Of a stretch of 64,000 bases of DNA, positions 1 to 14,014 are shown piece by piece (the first letter of the stretch is position 1; each line of letters opens with the position of its first letter). Both the position numbers and the translations under genes were made by a program. Under the pieces are notes generated by a model. It searched no databases. It was not told where the DNA came from and saw nothing but the letters and a program-made list of their open reading frames with translations. Origin of the DNA: Hyaloraphidium curvatum SAG 235-1. Lineage: Eukaryota > Fungi > Monoblepharomycota. The DNA lies in contig JAIVFI010000016.1 in NCBI GenBank assembly GCA_025558095.1, positions 310,001-374,000 on the forward strand. Reading direction: 5' to 3'.

Positions 1-3000
1 TGCTCGTAGAGAGCTTCCTGGTCGGCCGTGTCCACCTGCTCGATTTCAAGGCTGTTAAAGAGTTTCCACAGGGGGATGGGGATGTCCTTGATCTCCCTCT
101 TGGCGTCAGCCATGAGCCGCACATAGCGGTACAGAAGGCCGAGGATGTACTTGACGTAGTCGTATTTGCCTGCCAGACCCTGTCAACAACGGCGGAAAGG
201 GGCGACGCGTCCGGCTTACCCCAGAGCATGTACTGGATAAGGAGCATCGGATGGTGGTCCGGAAGCCTGCCGTTGACTTTGGAAGCCTTCTGGAACACCG
301 TGAGCTCCCGGGAAAGCCCCGTTTCGCCCGCTTTCGAAACTATTGCCCACAATCAGTTCCAGAAAAAAGGGCAAGAGAGCGATCAGGCAACGCACCCATC
401 TTCTCGTCCCGGAGCCACTTTGAGTAGCAGGTGATCTCGTGATCGGTGGCAAAAATCAAGAGGCCGTTGTTCATCCAGGCCAGGCACCGGCCCAGGGCGC
501 CTCGCGGGGTGTTGACGTCGTCCCGGAGGCCGATCTTTGTAATCTGCTTCCAGACGGGCACGTTGAAAATGTTGAAGTGCAAGCCCATGGCCTCCACCCG
601 GTGCGGGCAGTAGACCTTGATCTCCTTCCCGACAGCGACGGCAAGCAGGACCTGAGCATCCGCAGTGAGGTTCCAGTCGAGGTCCACCACCGGATCGCTG
701 AGTGGACCGGCGGACCGCGTGAGTACGGACCAGCCTGTGAAGAGGGCAAACGCAACTTACTCGAACACAATTTCCCCCTCCTCTCTCGCCCTAGTGCCCG
801 TGGCTTCGTAGTCCAAAATCGAGATGACATCTTGCGCACCTCGAGAGTAGACTATGGCAACCTTGCCAAAGGGGCTCGCCTTGACCCGTTTGACGCTCGC
901 AAAGTCTATGCCCGAGCCGACGATCGTCTCGCAAGACGTCTTGAACTTGGTCGCTACGGATTCCCGGCGCAAGACATCCAGCGTCCCCGTCCGAGTCTGC
1001 CAGAAACGAATGACATTGTCGTCCGTGTACGTCAGGAACATGTGCGACCCCAAGGGTGCGGTCGGCGAATACATCGAAACGATGGCGTTGGTAGGCGACG
1101 CGAACTTTAGAGAGGCGCCATGGGGAAGAGACAGCCGATCCTCGTCGACAAGGACGACGTCTGATAGCTCCCGGCCTGGGTTCAACACCGCGTCAGCCTG
1201 GATCCGTGACACACACAAGCACTGGCAACCCACCGCCCTTGAGAACCGCAGTCCAAATCATCACCTGGGCATCCTCGCAGACGGCGACGACGATCGCATG
1301 CATCGTCTGCGGGTCGTCGCCCGCGTGTACCGGCTCTTTTGGCTCCGAGAAGGCCTGAAGCATCAGAAAAGCAGAGTCCGCCCCGTATCCGTCGAACTTG
1401 TGCAGCAGATCGATCGACGACTGGCCTACGGAGAAGGCAAAAAGCCCCGAGTTGTTCTGCACCAGCAGAATCGGAGCTGCGAGATATCAGCAACCGCCGA
1501 CAGTGGTGCACACAGGGGCGCCAACCAGTAGGGAACCAAGCGAGCTTCCGGGGCGCCACATCCTGGGGTAAAGCTGCGACAAAGTCGAGGCCCTCGGAGT
1601 AGCGGATGCCAATCTCGGGAATAGTGACTTTCCACACGTTGAGCTCCCCGTCGCGGCCGATGCTGGCGCAAAAGTCAAGCATAGGATGTCGAACGAACTT
1701 GACCGGGGAGAGCCGGTGGCCGGCAAAGGATCGAAGCAACCGAATGTGTGACGAGTCACGTGTGATGGCAAAAAACTCGTCCAGGTTCTCCATGTAAACG
1801 TTGATCACTCCCGCTTCGTTCTGCGTGAGGAAGTAGATTTCGGACGGAAGAAAGACGCCTGCCGACGATAGAACATAAGGCGTGCGCAGATGCCTGGGCT
1901 TTTGCGCACAGTCTCACCGGAAGAGCGGATAACGTTCGCATTCTGGAACACGTGCGGAGTATCTTTGAAGAAAGCATAGTCATGCGGCAGCAGCGCATTC
2001 TTGGTTTTCATGAGCACGATGACTTTGGGCATCCGGCGAGGTTGCGTCAAGAGGTGCTGCCGTCATTGCCATTAGTGCACGACAAACGGTGTCGAAGCAG
2101 ATCGCCCACCTGAATGCCCCAAAGGACGACGGTGCCGTCCTGCTGGATCTGAATGAGGATGTCCGGATTGTCTTTGACTGTCTCCTTCAGTTTCTTGACT
2201 TTGCGCGTATCGTCGGGCGAGATCCGCCGGCTCTTCCTGATAGCCTTAAGCCCGCGCTCCTCCATTTCAACCCTCATGGCAATTGCTGCATGCAGCTCCT
2301 GTTGGTCGAGCCAATGAATCGCAACCATCTCCGGGCCGCTGACATTGAGAGAGGCTGGTGTCTGCGAAATGTCGATGAGGCAACACATGTAGAACTTGGA
2401 CGGATTCTCCGGTGTTGCTTGGCTCCACAGCCGGCAGATGTTGTCGTGCGACATCGTCAACAGCACGTTCTCCTCGGCATATCTGGGTTCCAAGACGTCA
2501 GCAGCGCAAGCCGCGACCCATTGCTCTGCCCCACCTGACATCTTTCCGCGGCCGTCTCCATTCGGCATACACGATTGCCCGGGAATGAGGCAGATAAGAG
2601 AAGTCGTATGACGTGGTCTGCGAGCCTGAATAACCGCTGTCAGGGTGCGCAATCAAGCGGGAAGGTTGCGCCGGACTGACCGTTTATGGATACGGTCCTC
2701 CGAAACCACAGCTTCACCAAACGGTCATTCTACGGTCCGACAAGAAGCGTTAGAAGGCACGTAGTTGTGTCAAGGCACAGACCCCGCCTTGCCATATGTT
2801 GCGAGAATGGTGCCGTCTGGAGAGAAACGAGCCCGTTGTACGGGGCCCGACACTCTTCGGGGAGGTCAGACGCGCTCGCTGGCCAAGAGAGGTGACAGAC
2901 CTTGAGGAAAAGAGAACCTGCGTGTTCAAAGCGTCTCCTGCGGCGACGAAGGACAGCAAGGCGAGCGAGCCGCCGCCAATAGCCAGTGTGCCCTCGTTTG

Positions 3001-3476
3001 TCCAGTCCATGGTCGTGACGTCGAAATCAGTCGTCACGGTGGTCACGTAGCCCCACAACACGTCGCCAGCGGCGGCTGCGATCGGCTTCCAGATAGAAAT
3101 CTTCATACCCGAGGCGGCCGCAATCTGGCAACATATCCGCCGTCAGAGGCGTTCCTGGCAACGGCGGTCGGCACCCCACAAATCCCATGCCAGGGCACAT
3201 CGCCACCGATGTGATGACGTGCTGGTGCTCCGGCGCGGCGGCCGCAGTGTCGGTTGGAGGGATCCCCTCAAAGGTCTGCACATGGCTAAACTCGTCCGTG
3301 TAGACTACGACGAGCTTGTCCGAGCCATACACCTGGCCGGAAGTCCACCATCACGAGAAGCGCTGGGAGGCTCGGCCGGGAAAGCTCACGATGTACCGCG
3401 ACCCGTTGAACCCTGCGAGCGACACGCACTCCGGCCCATTCGCTTTGCCCGATATGTGCTGCTGCTTGAGGTGCAT
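1..3476 (-). CDS. RAV1: RAVE complex subunit Rav1 / rabconnectin-3 alpha (DMXL-like) WD40 protein; 5' part only, continues off the left edge; multi-exon
   Basis: ATG at 3476 gives MHLKQQHISGKAN, like the DMXL N-terminus. Spliced WD40 segments include RFSPDGTILATYGK/NDRLVKLWF, YDFSYLPHSRAIVYAEWR and ENVLLTMSHDNICRLW. The Rav1p_C-like segment DLDWNLTADAQVLLAVAVG...LAWMNNGLLIFATDHEI...LPVYHP is present. Confidence 0.85.
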
Positions 3477-3652
3477 TCTTTAGTCCAACTCCGGTGAACG
3501 GCAAGGTGGCAAATGTGGTCTATCCCTCCATCGCGGCACCGGCGGAGTGTGTGAAGCTTAGTTCGATCGCGTTTGCGCGTGAAGCGCGCGATCGACGCCG
3601 GCAGGCTCCCCTTTGATTGCGTGCGTATGGAGCTTGTGCCGCGTCTCACGGC

Positions 3653-6600
3653 ATGGCGTGGGCGTTGGATGGAGTGTGGAATGCTCTCTTCACGCCGGTG
3701 GTGGCCGTCGTGACGTCGCCCGATGCCAATGAGATCTTCAAGTGTGACGGGCTCGCGTCGTTCGAGGAGTTCCTAGCCCCTCTCGGAACGCTCCAGACGC
3801 CACGTGAGCACCTACACACACGCGCGATGTTCCGATGTCTGACGTGCGGGATCAGTGGTGGTGCACGATGTGCAGGGGACAGCCACGACGTTGGAATCGT
3901 TTCACATCCGATTCAGGGACCCCAGCGGATTGCGGCCCGCCGAGGCGTCTACGTTGGTCGAGCTCGCCGCGGACACGCTCCGACGTTCGCCACGCCCTTG
4001 GGCCGGCAAAAGGGCGCCGTGGTCGGGAGCTCGTGAGGTTCCCTCATCGCGATCGGCTTCGGAGGACGGACCAACGCGCGAGCCGACCATCGGTCCGGAC
4101 CTTGACGGGTCCGGCCCTGGGACGGCTCTGCCTGCTGGTTTTGACCCCGGCGACACGCCATGGTTCGACGCATTCGCTGAGGAAGCTGCGAGTCGCATCG
4201 GCTCCGTCGAGCAGGAGACCTTCAACCATCCCGTGGCCTGTAGGCATCGCCATGATGCCATGTGGTGGCATTGCTGATATCAGATTGGTGTTTCGTCAGG
4301 TTTCATGGTTGTTTCCACATTGGACAAGGACCCCGTATCCACGCTCGTTCAGCTCTTCAACACCGGTGCGTCAGCCATTCCCGGTCACGACAAGGGCTTC
4401 GTGGATCCCAGCTTCCTGCGCTACTACGTTCTTCTACAGGACCGGCAGCGGACCACGGACGAAGAGTAAGGTGGCTTATCCGGCTCCCGCGGACCCAAAT
4501 TCAAGCCCTTCCTCCAGGGCCGACATGATCTTCCAGACCATACGAAAGTCATTCGGACTTCAGACGGTCCTACTGCGCGTCAACTCGGTTGCCGCACTTT
4601 CCGGCGCCCCTGGTGGTACTGTCGAGGCCGTGCCTTCTACCTTCTGGCCGTCCGCAGGTGTCAACCGTCCCGAAAACGGGGATGTGCAGCGCGTTTGGGA
4701 GACTTTTGTCTCGAAGGACGATTTGGACGGCGCGCGAGCATTTGTCGCGGATTTTGTCACCCAGCATCTCGTGCCTTTCATGGAGAAGACCGTCGCGAAT
4801 CTGAACGAGCAGGTCGCCAGCGCCCGGAGGGGTTTGACCGGCCGCCTCTTTACGGCCGGTCGGCGGTACTTCGGCGTTGGGGCGTCGTCGCGCAGTCCGA
4901 CAACATCTCCATCGCTGTCGGAAGACGGGTTCATGACGTTGGTTTCCCGTGCTCGCGGAGATCCGGGGGCTGATACCCGAAGTGCAGATACGCGTACTCG
5001 ACGCCCGAGGCGCAAATGCGCCGGCTGGCCGACTTTGCCTTCATGTTGAGGGACTGGAAGCTTGCCCTTTCGGTTTATGACACTGTCCGCAAGGACTTCC
5101 AGGTTGAGGAAAAGGCGATAAAGTACTACGCAGCCACCCTGGTGAGCGTCTTCGGCCTGGCGCTTCACTGCTTCGTCTAAAGCCATGGCAGGAAATGTGT
5201 GGCCTCTGCGCGTTGCTCCTTGAAAGCCAACCTGCGTCCGCAATCCGGACTACGCAGTTCGACGCTTGCGTCGACAAGTACAAGGAAACCAAGTCCAAAC
5301 CGCTTTGGCTGCGCGCTGCTCTCGCCTATCTGGCCGTCATGAGGAGTAAAGGGTGGTGGAAGGAGTCGGCTGCCATTTGTCTCAAGATGACGGCCATCGA
5401 GGACTCGGATTTGCTCAGCGCTCTTTGGCTCGAGCAGGCTGCACTCTCCTTCCAGCGTAACGTCCCGCCGCTTACGCGCAAGTATGCCTTCCACATGGTG
5501 CTTGCTGGCCACCGGTATTACAAGTGCGGCGAGGTACGTGGTCCACCAAGTCTGTAGCTGTGGCAACTCACGTTGCTCCTTTCTCCAGCGCGACTTTGCC
5601 GCCCTCTGTTACTACCTCGCATCCACTGTCCTTCACTCGTCGAGATGGTCGCTCGCGGAAGACCACATCAACTTCACCCTCGGCCGTCAATCTTACCATC
5701 TCGGCGACTTGCAGCACGCCATGACCTACTTCGTGCGCTTGGTGCGCGCCAGCAAACAGCCACCGTCGCAGCAAGCCATTTTCTTGAAGGAGTTTCTCCA
5801 CGTCTGCGAGCAGACCGCGTTGGCGGGCGGAGGGAGGCTTGGCCCCATCGATCTTGGAGTCCCCGAGTTCGTCGGTGGCAGCGCAAAGCTGACGTCTTTG
5901 AAGCTGGAGCATGCCAACGGCACCGATGCGCCGACCGGTGACGACGTGTGGGCAAACTTGGAGGAGCTTTTGGTCGACGGCGGACTCGGCAGAAGGGGAA
6001 CCGCGCCTTTGCGATCGATCGGCGGCAAAAGGAGCGGTCTCGATGTCATCGGAGCCGTTGGCGGTGGGTCGCAGGCGGCATGCCTTTCTCTGCTCGGTTT
6101 CTCATGCTGATTTGTCCGAAGAACCTCTGTATCTGTGCACTGACGCTCGCAATCCTCTCGGTGTCCCGATCACTCTGACCGACGTCAGCGTGCGCTGTCA
6201 ATTTGCTGGATCTATTGAGAAAGACATCCCGCGCGAGCAAGAAGCTGCTACCGACTCCGGGTTTGAGCTGAATGTCATCGACTCGATCGAGTTCGCCCCA
6301 GGCGAAACCAAAACGGCAAGTGCCTTCATTGGTTAGCAAGAGCAGGGCGGCTCACTGGCGCACGTTAAGCTGAATCTCGGTATCGTCCCCCGCCGAGAGG
6401 GGCGTGTCGTCGTTCACGGTGTCTCTTACAAGTTTTTCGGAGTTGTGCCGGCGGCTTTTTCTTTCTCCCCCGACGGCACTCCAACGAGGACCAAAGTGTC
6501 ATCGCGGACCTCTGCTTTGCAGGCAGACGTCATGCAACCAATGCCGTTGCTGCAGGCAGTTTTCCAGGACGTTCCAGACCGTCTGGTGTCCGGGGAAGCT

Positions 6601-8188
6601 CGGAGGGCTTCGCTCGAGCTTTTCAACAAGGGGAGCCTCGGCATGGGAAACGTCTTAGTCGGAATCAGTCACCCTGGATTCTTTTGGTTCGGTGAAGACG
6701 GCCCTTCGGACGATCCAATGGCTTTCGGACGTGCCGAAGCGGAATCCGCGGGCCCGGCCGCCGGCCATGCAGCAATCAACAACTCTTTGGAAACGATGGT
6801 CGTGGTTTCGCTGTCGGACATTCTCAAGAGGGAAGGAAAGCATCCGACGCTCGCCCCGGGCCAATCCGTGCGAATCACGACCTGGGTGCGCGGCGATCGG
6901 ATCGGAAAGCACGCTTTCCGCCTTCTGTTCGGGTACCAGTCCGAGGTGGGTAGTGAAACGATTAAGTCTTGCGCGGCCAAGTGTTGATGTGCACGCTCTG
7001 CAGGCCGCGGCGGAGGAATATCGCACCCTGCGCCACTCTCTTTCCATCGCCGTGCTCCCTTCGTTGCGCATTAATGCCTTCACGCGGCCAAGTGCGAAGC
7101 ACTTATCCGAATTTGTTTTGGGACTCGAGATCGAGAACCTGAAGGATTCACCCTTGAATCTCAACAACCTTGTTGCCGTCAGTCCGTCTTGGCGCATGCT
7201 GCCTTTCGGAGAAGCGAGCAGGTGAGCTCCGATGAGCCCTGTTCTCTGATTTTCATGCGAATAACAAGACCACCCAGCCTGCCATCTACGACGCTTTCGC
7301 CGGCGGAAGTTTGCCTCGTCTACTTCAAGCTGACCAGAGATCCTGAGGCATCCCGCACGCCCAGAGCGCCGGCGGAGAAGCTCCCGTTGCTGTTGTCACG
7401 GCACCAATTCGTGAGAGCGGCGCTCCATTGGGAGATTCATACTGATTGGTAATCCAGGGCGTGCATGAAGTTGGGTCTGGGCGGGACGTCTTCTTTCTTC
7501 CAGCCCGCCAGCAGTGGCGGATGCAGAGTCTCGCCGTCCGTCATCCGGAAAACACCCCTGTGGAGCTCCGGTCCCAGTACCCACTCATTCTCTTGGATGA
7601 CGTTGACTTTGTTCTGTCTTGGACCTACCCCGCACTACCAACTTCAGGGACCCATTTCGTCATGGGGATCAACCTCGGGTTGCCAGAGGAACCAGTCATG
7701 CGCAAATCTTCCGACGATAAGCCGACGAGCGCTCCCCGATCAAAGGTGGACAATCCTGTCCGCGTGCTGTTCGAGGCTCCCGAGAGCGTTCGGCACGACT
7801 TTTCCGTCAAGCCAATCTGTGTCGTTCCCATCACGGTCCACCTGGAGAATATCTCTACCGAAACGCCCGCCTCCGTCACCGTTGAGTTCAGCCAAGGGGA
7901 TCTCGACTGGGATGGAGCAAGGTATGCGCGATAGTACGGAGCTCCGCACTTCCGTGCTCAACCACTACGCTTGGCAGCGATGGTGCCGGCTTGTCCGACG
8001 TTTTCTGGGTGGGGACGACGACCGCTCGCTGCATGATAGCAGCAGGGGGATCCAAGGTCTTGAGCTTTCACGCTGCGGTCATGGCTCACGGCGTTTACAA
8101 CGTCGGTCGCTATTCGATGACGGTCGAAATCGACTTTTCGGTCCATCGGCAAGCTTCCGCCAGCTCCTGCCAGATCCTGGTCACCTGA
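3653..8188 (+). CDS. TRS85: TRAPP III subunit Trs85 / TRAPPC8; multi-exon
   Basis: Motifs EQETFNHPVAC, FVTQHLVPFMEKTV..LNEQVASARRGLTGRLF, PEAQMRRLADFAFMLRDWKLA and RKYAFHMVLAGHRYYKCG..WSLAEDHINFTLGRQ. Exons join through GT-AG introns and one GC-AG intron (6316-6369). Confidence 0.9.
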
Positions 8189-11100
8189 CTTTTGCATCAC
8201 GCGACGCGATAGCAGCACGCTGGGCAATGGAAGCGCGAATGGATACGCGATTTCCAATGCGCAGCATTTCCGCAACCAGTGCCCCCCGGTCGGGGGTGGC
8301 GGAAGCTTTGGAGCCCGCGGAGCCCACAACATCCTCACCGGCACGGATGTCGCACGGGAAGGGAATCGACACCCGGAACGGCTGTTCCCGCATGACGCGC
8401 GGATTCCACAGGACCGCAACCAGCTTCGGGTCGTACTTGTTTGCAAAGAACAGCGCGACCTCTCCGTACGCGCGCTGCAAAGGATGTCAGGATCGAGACG
8501 CTGGCGACCGGCGCTGGTACGGCACCTGCAGATCCTGGCAGTAGCGGAAAGCGGGCTTCGGTGCTGCTATGGAAGCCCCGGATTGCTGTCTTGCGAGCTC
8601 GATGTTCTTGAACCGCTTCCCCGAGTCCGGCGATCCAGCGTCGGCACATTCCAAGTGAAGCACAACGTCGTAATCCTTGAGGTCGGGTTGGAATAGAACC
8701 TGCATACGCGTGAGAATGCGGGCGATGAGGACGGGGAAGCGCGGTGATTCACCTTGATGGAAAGCGATTCGCTCTGTGCGAGACTGTCTAGCAACGACAG
8801 CCCCGATCGTGCGAGTTGGCGGACCCGGTCGACGATCACGGGGCTCGGCGCTCCGTAGCTCCGCGACCGACCCGTGCGATCAGCCTCGGTGGCAACAAAC
8901 ATCGCGGCGCGCAACGAATTGGCTGGATTGCTCCGGAACGCCCGGAATTCGCTTTCGATCTCCTGCCTGTCCGACGTTGTCATGCTTCCCTTGTGGAGCT
9001 CGACGATGAGGGGTTCGCTCGGCCAATCCCAGGTCGCCAACACATCCAGTACCCGCACAAAACCGGCGGAACCGCCGCCTGGGGTCGGGGCGGCACGCGG
9101 ATTCGTGAAGACGGAAAGGCAGATGAGGTCCAGCAGCTCGTCCGCAAATTGAAGGGAGAGGAGGTGGCACGCGAGCCAGTACTTGGTGAGTCGTATGGTC
9201 CACGAAAGGCCGGGGAACTCGAGACACCGGTTGTGAAGGTGAAGGGCGTGATAGGGAGCACGCAAATGGAGGGCTTCGAACCGGTCCTTGGCGCTTCGCA
9301 TGACGGCCTTCACCTCCTGGGGAGAAGCAGGGCTTGCAAGGGCGCGCTCAAGTAGATGAAGCTCGTGGTCAACCTTGAGCCGACACCGGAAGGCGATGCC
9401 GTTCCGGACGCTGACGTCCAGATACCCGGCCGGCCACACCTTGCCGAGGTCAAGGCTCTCCTCCAGATCGTCTTCCCCGTATCCACCGACAACTGTCCCC
9501 CATTCGGGATGCTGAACCCGAAGCTGGTCTGCGATCCTCAGCAAGAAAGCCAACTTCATCTTTTGGAGAGCCTCCAGATCGTCGGGCCATCGATTGGAAT
9601 GCTCAAGCTCCAAAACAACCTCCGAAGGCAATTGTCCAGACGGCGGACTCATTTGTAGGGATGGATCGCATCCAAATAGGCCCGTAGAAGCCCGTGCAAC
9701 AGAGAGGATTGACAGGGGAAGGTTCTCGAGAATCCGCAATCGCTTGCTGAGAAGGTCAACGGCCTCGGGGGGCGAGATCGCCTCGTATCTCGACCTGAAG
9801 GCCGCGTCGATCGCCGCCTCATGGCTGACGACATTCTCGAGTCCGAATTGACGCCGTAGGAGGTGCGGTACCGCACGTCGCAAGATCCAACCTTCTCCAC
9901 CCGCGGAACCGCTATCGGGGTGCTTGGGTGCCTCCCAGACGACGCTGTAGCGGATTCGACCGTCTTTGAATCTTCTCAGCTCCGCAAGCTCGCCCCAAAG
10001 ACGGGTGAAAGCTCGAGCATCCTCCTGATCCTCCGGAGCCGGGCCATGGTCGACGAGACCCACGTGCTCGGTTGCCAGCGAGCAGCCGATCACAATGCGC
10101 TGCGCAGCCGGGTCGTTGGTGGAGGTCCACTCCGAATTCGTAGGCCACTGCGCTAGTGCTTTCACCTGTCGCGCAACGATCAACGGCGACCGGTGACGAA
10201 GCGCCTTCAGCAGCACAGACGGCGCGGCGCCGCTCAACGCCCGAGCCTGCTTCGCGGCTTCGACGGCCTCTCCTAGATCGTCTTTGATCTTGGGGGCAGG
10301 GCATGGGAAGCTGAGACGTGCGTGGCACAAGGACGGCCGCGGTTAGCCCTGTCCGTCGAGCCTGACCGTAAACTCCTACCTGAAGACTTCGTCGTACTTG
10401 CCCATCATCGTCGATCCGGAACGTGAGAGAAACAGGTCTCCAAAGTGATCCTTGCTTTCATCTCCGAGCAAACAGACGGCCCACTTGGCTTCCCGCTGAA
10501 GCTCCGCGAGGGAGCTCGCTGTCATGTGCGCCGCCAGATTGACCATTCCCGACGGATCCACCATGACGACCTCGAAGACCTCTAGGAAAGCCGAGCGCGA
10601 AAACTGGCGAGGCAAACGGAGTCTCGTTGGAAATGCCAGCGGGTCCGATCAACAGCAAACAAACCTCGTTGTCGTCCAAGGGCTGGAACCGGTCTGTCAT
10701 GAAGACGGGGTTGCTTCTGAAATCATGTTCCGCCAGAAACTCCAGTCCGACCCGAAAGAGCTGGTAGGCGCTGGCATTCGCCCCAGGCACCTTGCCGTCC
10801 GCCGAGCCGCCGCCGCGCAAAAGAAAGTCCAGAAGCATCGACCACATGAACCCGGTGAAACCCAGAGCGTCATCCGAAAGCCCGCGACTGCTCAGCCAAG
10901 TTCTGCCCATCACCGCGGCGGCGTCCATAGCGGGGCAGGCCTTGCGCTGCAGATGCAGCACATTCAGGTGGGAAACGAGGAACATGTCGGACAGGATCGC
11001 ATTGTTGTAGTGTGAGCTCGCCGCCGGGGAAACCGGGTCCTCGGTGGGACCTTTCCGGAGGTTGCGGCGCCGCGGGCCAAGTGCCGGCAAGCTGAAGGCA

Positions 11101-11982
11101 GTCGGAGCGACGACGGGGTGGAGCCGTATCGTCATTTTCGCCGCCTTGGTGCCCTCGTCCTGCAAGAGCAGTACGGGCTTCTTCATGTCACCGTTGAGAA
11201 CATGGAATGACATTTGCAAGCCGCCGGTCGAGTCCGTGCCCTTAAAGGAGTTCCGGATGTGGGCAGCGAGGCACGCGAGGAAGAAGGCCTTCTTGTGAAA
11301 GTACCGGTTGTTGATGAAGTCCTTCTCTTGGAACATGGTCGGCGGCATCTCGACGGCAACGTCGACGTTGGGCAAGGCAGACGCCCTCGACACTTGGTGA
11401 ATGAGGAAGGAGCCGACGATGGCCACCGTGGCAGGAGAGCCGACGACGAACTGATAGCGAGCAGTTGAGTCCGGAAGGCTATCGGTGAACGGAATGCACA
11501 CTTCGTGGCGAGCAGCCCAGGCTGTGGCCTCCTGAAGCTGGCGAGGAGGGGGGTTAATTCACATTTGCTCAGCACGGCAAGGCCCGGACGAACCGAGAGC
11601 GAAAGAGCCTTCATCGGCTTGTCCAGAATGGTTTTGACCTTCCTCAAGGTCTCTTCCAGACTGCCAAGCTTGCTATAGTTAGGAGTGACGCTCACAAGGA
11701 GCTCGTCCAGCTGCACCAAAAGTCAGCCCAACCGCAGACTCGGTGCCAGGAACAGACCTGGAGCTTGAAGAGAGGGCTCTTGTAGAGTCCTACGGCATCT
11801 CGGTAGGCCTTCAGCTCCGCGTTCGTCGGCAGCCGATGAAGCCCATTCCCGGGTCCCCTGTCTGATCCGCCGGAAACGTCCGAGGCGGCATCAGAGGGCG
11901 AACCGTCACCGATGACGCCGCCCTCTGAAGCATCGTCGTCGCTCTTGGCTTCATGGAAGTCGGAAGCCCGTTTCCGCTTCAT
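8181..11982 (-). CDS. UTP22: U3 snoRNA-associated protein Utp22 / NOL6 (Nrap family); multi-exon, exact 3' end uncertain
   Basis: Motifs LYKSPLFKLQ, VDVAVEMPPTMFQEKDFINNRYFHKKAFFLA, FTRLWGELAELRRFKDGRI, LEHSNRWPDDLEALQKMKLAFL and C-terminal LVAEMLRIG. Confidence 0.92.
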
Positions 11983-12046
11983 TGTGTGTAAATGTTGTCG
12001 ATCGCTCCTGGCGCGTCGTCGAAGCTACTTCTATCCTGCCATCGCT

Positions 12047-14009
12047 ATGGCCACCGCGTTGGGATCCATGGGACGGCGCATCGCGCTCGTAGCAGTTGCG
12101 GGCCGATCTGGCACACTACGGACTCCCTCGGTTGTCTCCCGGGTTACGCGGCGGCTGCAGTCCACCGACGCCACCGCAGCGCCTGGCCAGGCCGCCGCAT
12201 CGCAGCCGGAACCGGACACGCCCACGGAGGCGCCGAAAAAAGCGCGCCTGGGCTTTTTTAGGGGCACATTGGGGCTGATTTTGCTTGCAACTGCCACGTA
12301 CTACGGCACGGCTGTGTACCAGGGGTTGCAATCACCCCGCGGGCCCAAGCGCCCCGTGGAAGCACCAAAGGGTCCATCGACGAATGTCGGGGCCGATAAA
12401 GAGCCTGCGATGCCACGCGGGGCGCCTCTGGAAGCTCGGAAGCAGGCAAAGGAAGCTCCTCTCCCAGCCCCCGCCGCATCGGCGGCACCAGCTACCATCG
12501 AGGACTCTAGGCACCAGCCGACTCGGTCCCTCGGCGCTTCTCCCACTGGATCCGAGACTACAGTGACCAAGGTAGGCTTCGCTCGTGAGAATGATTCCGT
12601 ATTTGCTCTCTGATCGGGCACATCAAGGCGCCGCCTGCCGACTCGAACGCGCGGACCATTCCTCTGCCATCGCCAGAACCGGAAACGCCGCCGCCACCGA
12701 TGGATGCGGACGTACAGGACACCTCAATTGCCCAGGCATTGACACATGCGCGAGAGGCAGCAGCGACAGCTCTCGCCGCGGCAGTCGAGAAGCGACTCGC
12801 AGTGTTCGACGACCTGCCCCCGTTGCAGGCGCTCACACTTCACATCGAGGCCCTGAAGGATCAATTGGAAAACCGGGATGACGGCTTGCCCAAGGAAGTG
12901 CTGCTCAGTTATGTGAAGCGTCTGGCCGACAAGGTGGACGCAATCGAGTCGGCTGAGATGAGCACGCTTAAGGAAGCTTTGGAGGATCAGGTGGGTGTTT
13001 CCCGACGGACGCAGGTGTCTGGTTGTTCACCCTTGGAGGCCACCCAGGCAGAGGCATTTGCGTCAGTCATGGAGCAGGGCACCTCCGACGGGCAGAAGGC
13101 CCTCGAGGAGCAGCGCCTGCGCCTGGAAGCCGAGGCACGGGAGCGCCTCAGCACCTTGGAGACCAAGCTGCAGGAGGCCGAGGAAGCGACCGCCAAGTAC
13201 GCGGATCTCGCCGTGGCGGTGACGCGGTCCGTGGAGGCTCTGAAGCGGGAAGCGGAACAGAATGCCAAGGAGCTGGAGACCTATTTTCAATCTCTCGCCA
13301 AGGAGGCCCTCGATCGCGAACGCAACGAGCGCTTGGCCATCATCCGCGACCTTTCTATGAAGCTGGAGCTCCTGGAGAAGCACCGGATGGAGAACGTGGA
13401 CGGCGCCCGCAAGATTGCCGAGCTGCAGAAGCTGCAGGGCGCCGTGACCGCGTTTGGCATTGCTTTGCGCGATCGCACGGGCGAACCTTTCCAGGAGGAA
13501 GTGGAGCTGCTTGCCAGGGTCGGCAACGGCAATCCCGTGGTGACCTCGTGCGTGGACATGGTTCGGGACGATGCCCCCGCGGGCATCCTGTCGGACTTCG
13601 AATTGGAAAGGTGGTTCATCCAGGGCGTAAAAGGTGCTGCGTCGCGCGCCGGGCGGATGGAGTCTGCGGACGGTGTAGCCGGATATGTCCTTGCTGCGCT
13701 GCCGGCGCTTCCAGCGGTCCTTGGTGGAGGGAGCAAGCGAACGGAGACCGACATCGCTCTGGAGCGGGCCGAGCGCTTGCTTCGCGAGGGAAACATCGAG
13801 GGTGCTGCACGAGAGGTGAATCAGCTCCAAGGGTGGGCCAAAGTGGCTGCGCAAGATTGGCTCGAGGCCGCAAGGCGGAAAGTTCGGGCCAACTATGCTC
13901 TTGACGTAGGTATCAAATCTCTTCGTCGCAGGTCTGATATCTAATCTATCGTTCTGTTTTTCAGCTGCTCCAGGCGGAGCTGACGATGATGTTGTCGGAG
14001 CTGCAGTAA
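12047..14009 (+). CDS. MIC60: MICOS subunit Mic60 / mitofilin; multi-exon
   Basis: Arg-rich presequence, single TM segment (TLGLILLATATYYGTAVY), long coiled coil, and mitofilin C-terminus LERAERLLREGNIEGAAREVNQLQGWAKVAAQDWLEAARRK. The last exon ends at TAA 14009. Confidence 0.88.
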
Positions 14010-14014
14010 CTAGG

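Noticed and set aside
12991-13047. Apparent in-frame peptide insertions in long ORFs (e.g. MIC60 VGVSRRTQVSGCSPLEATQ, and similar ones in dynein and the desaturase) as inteins or novel domains
   Set aside because: They are stop-free introns with lengths divisible by 3, bounded by GT..AG.
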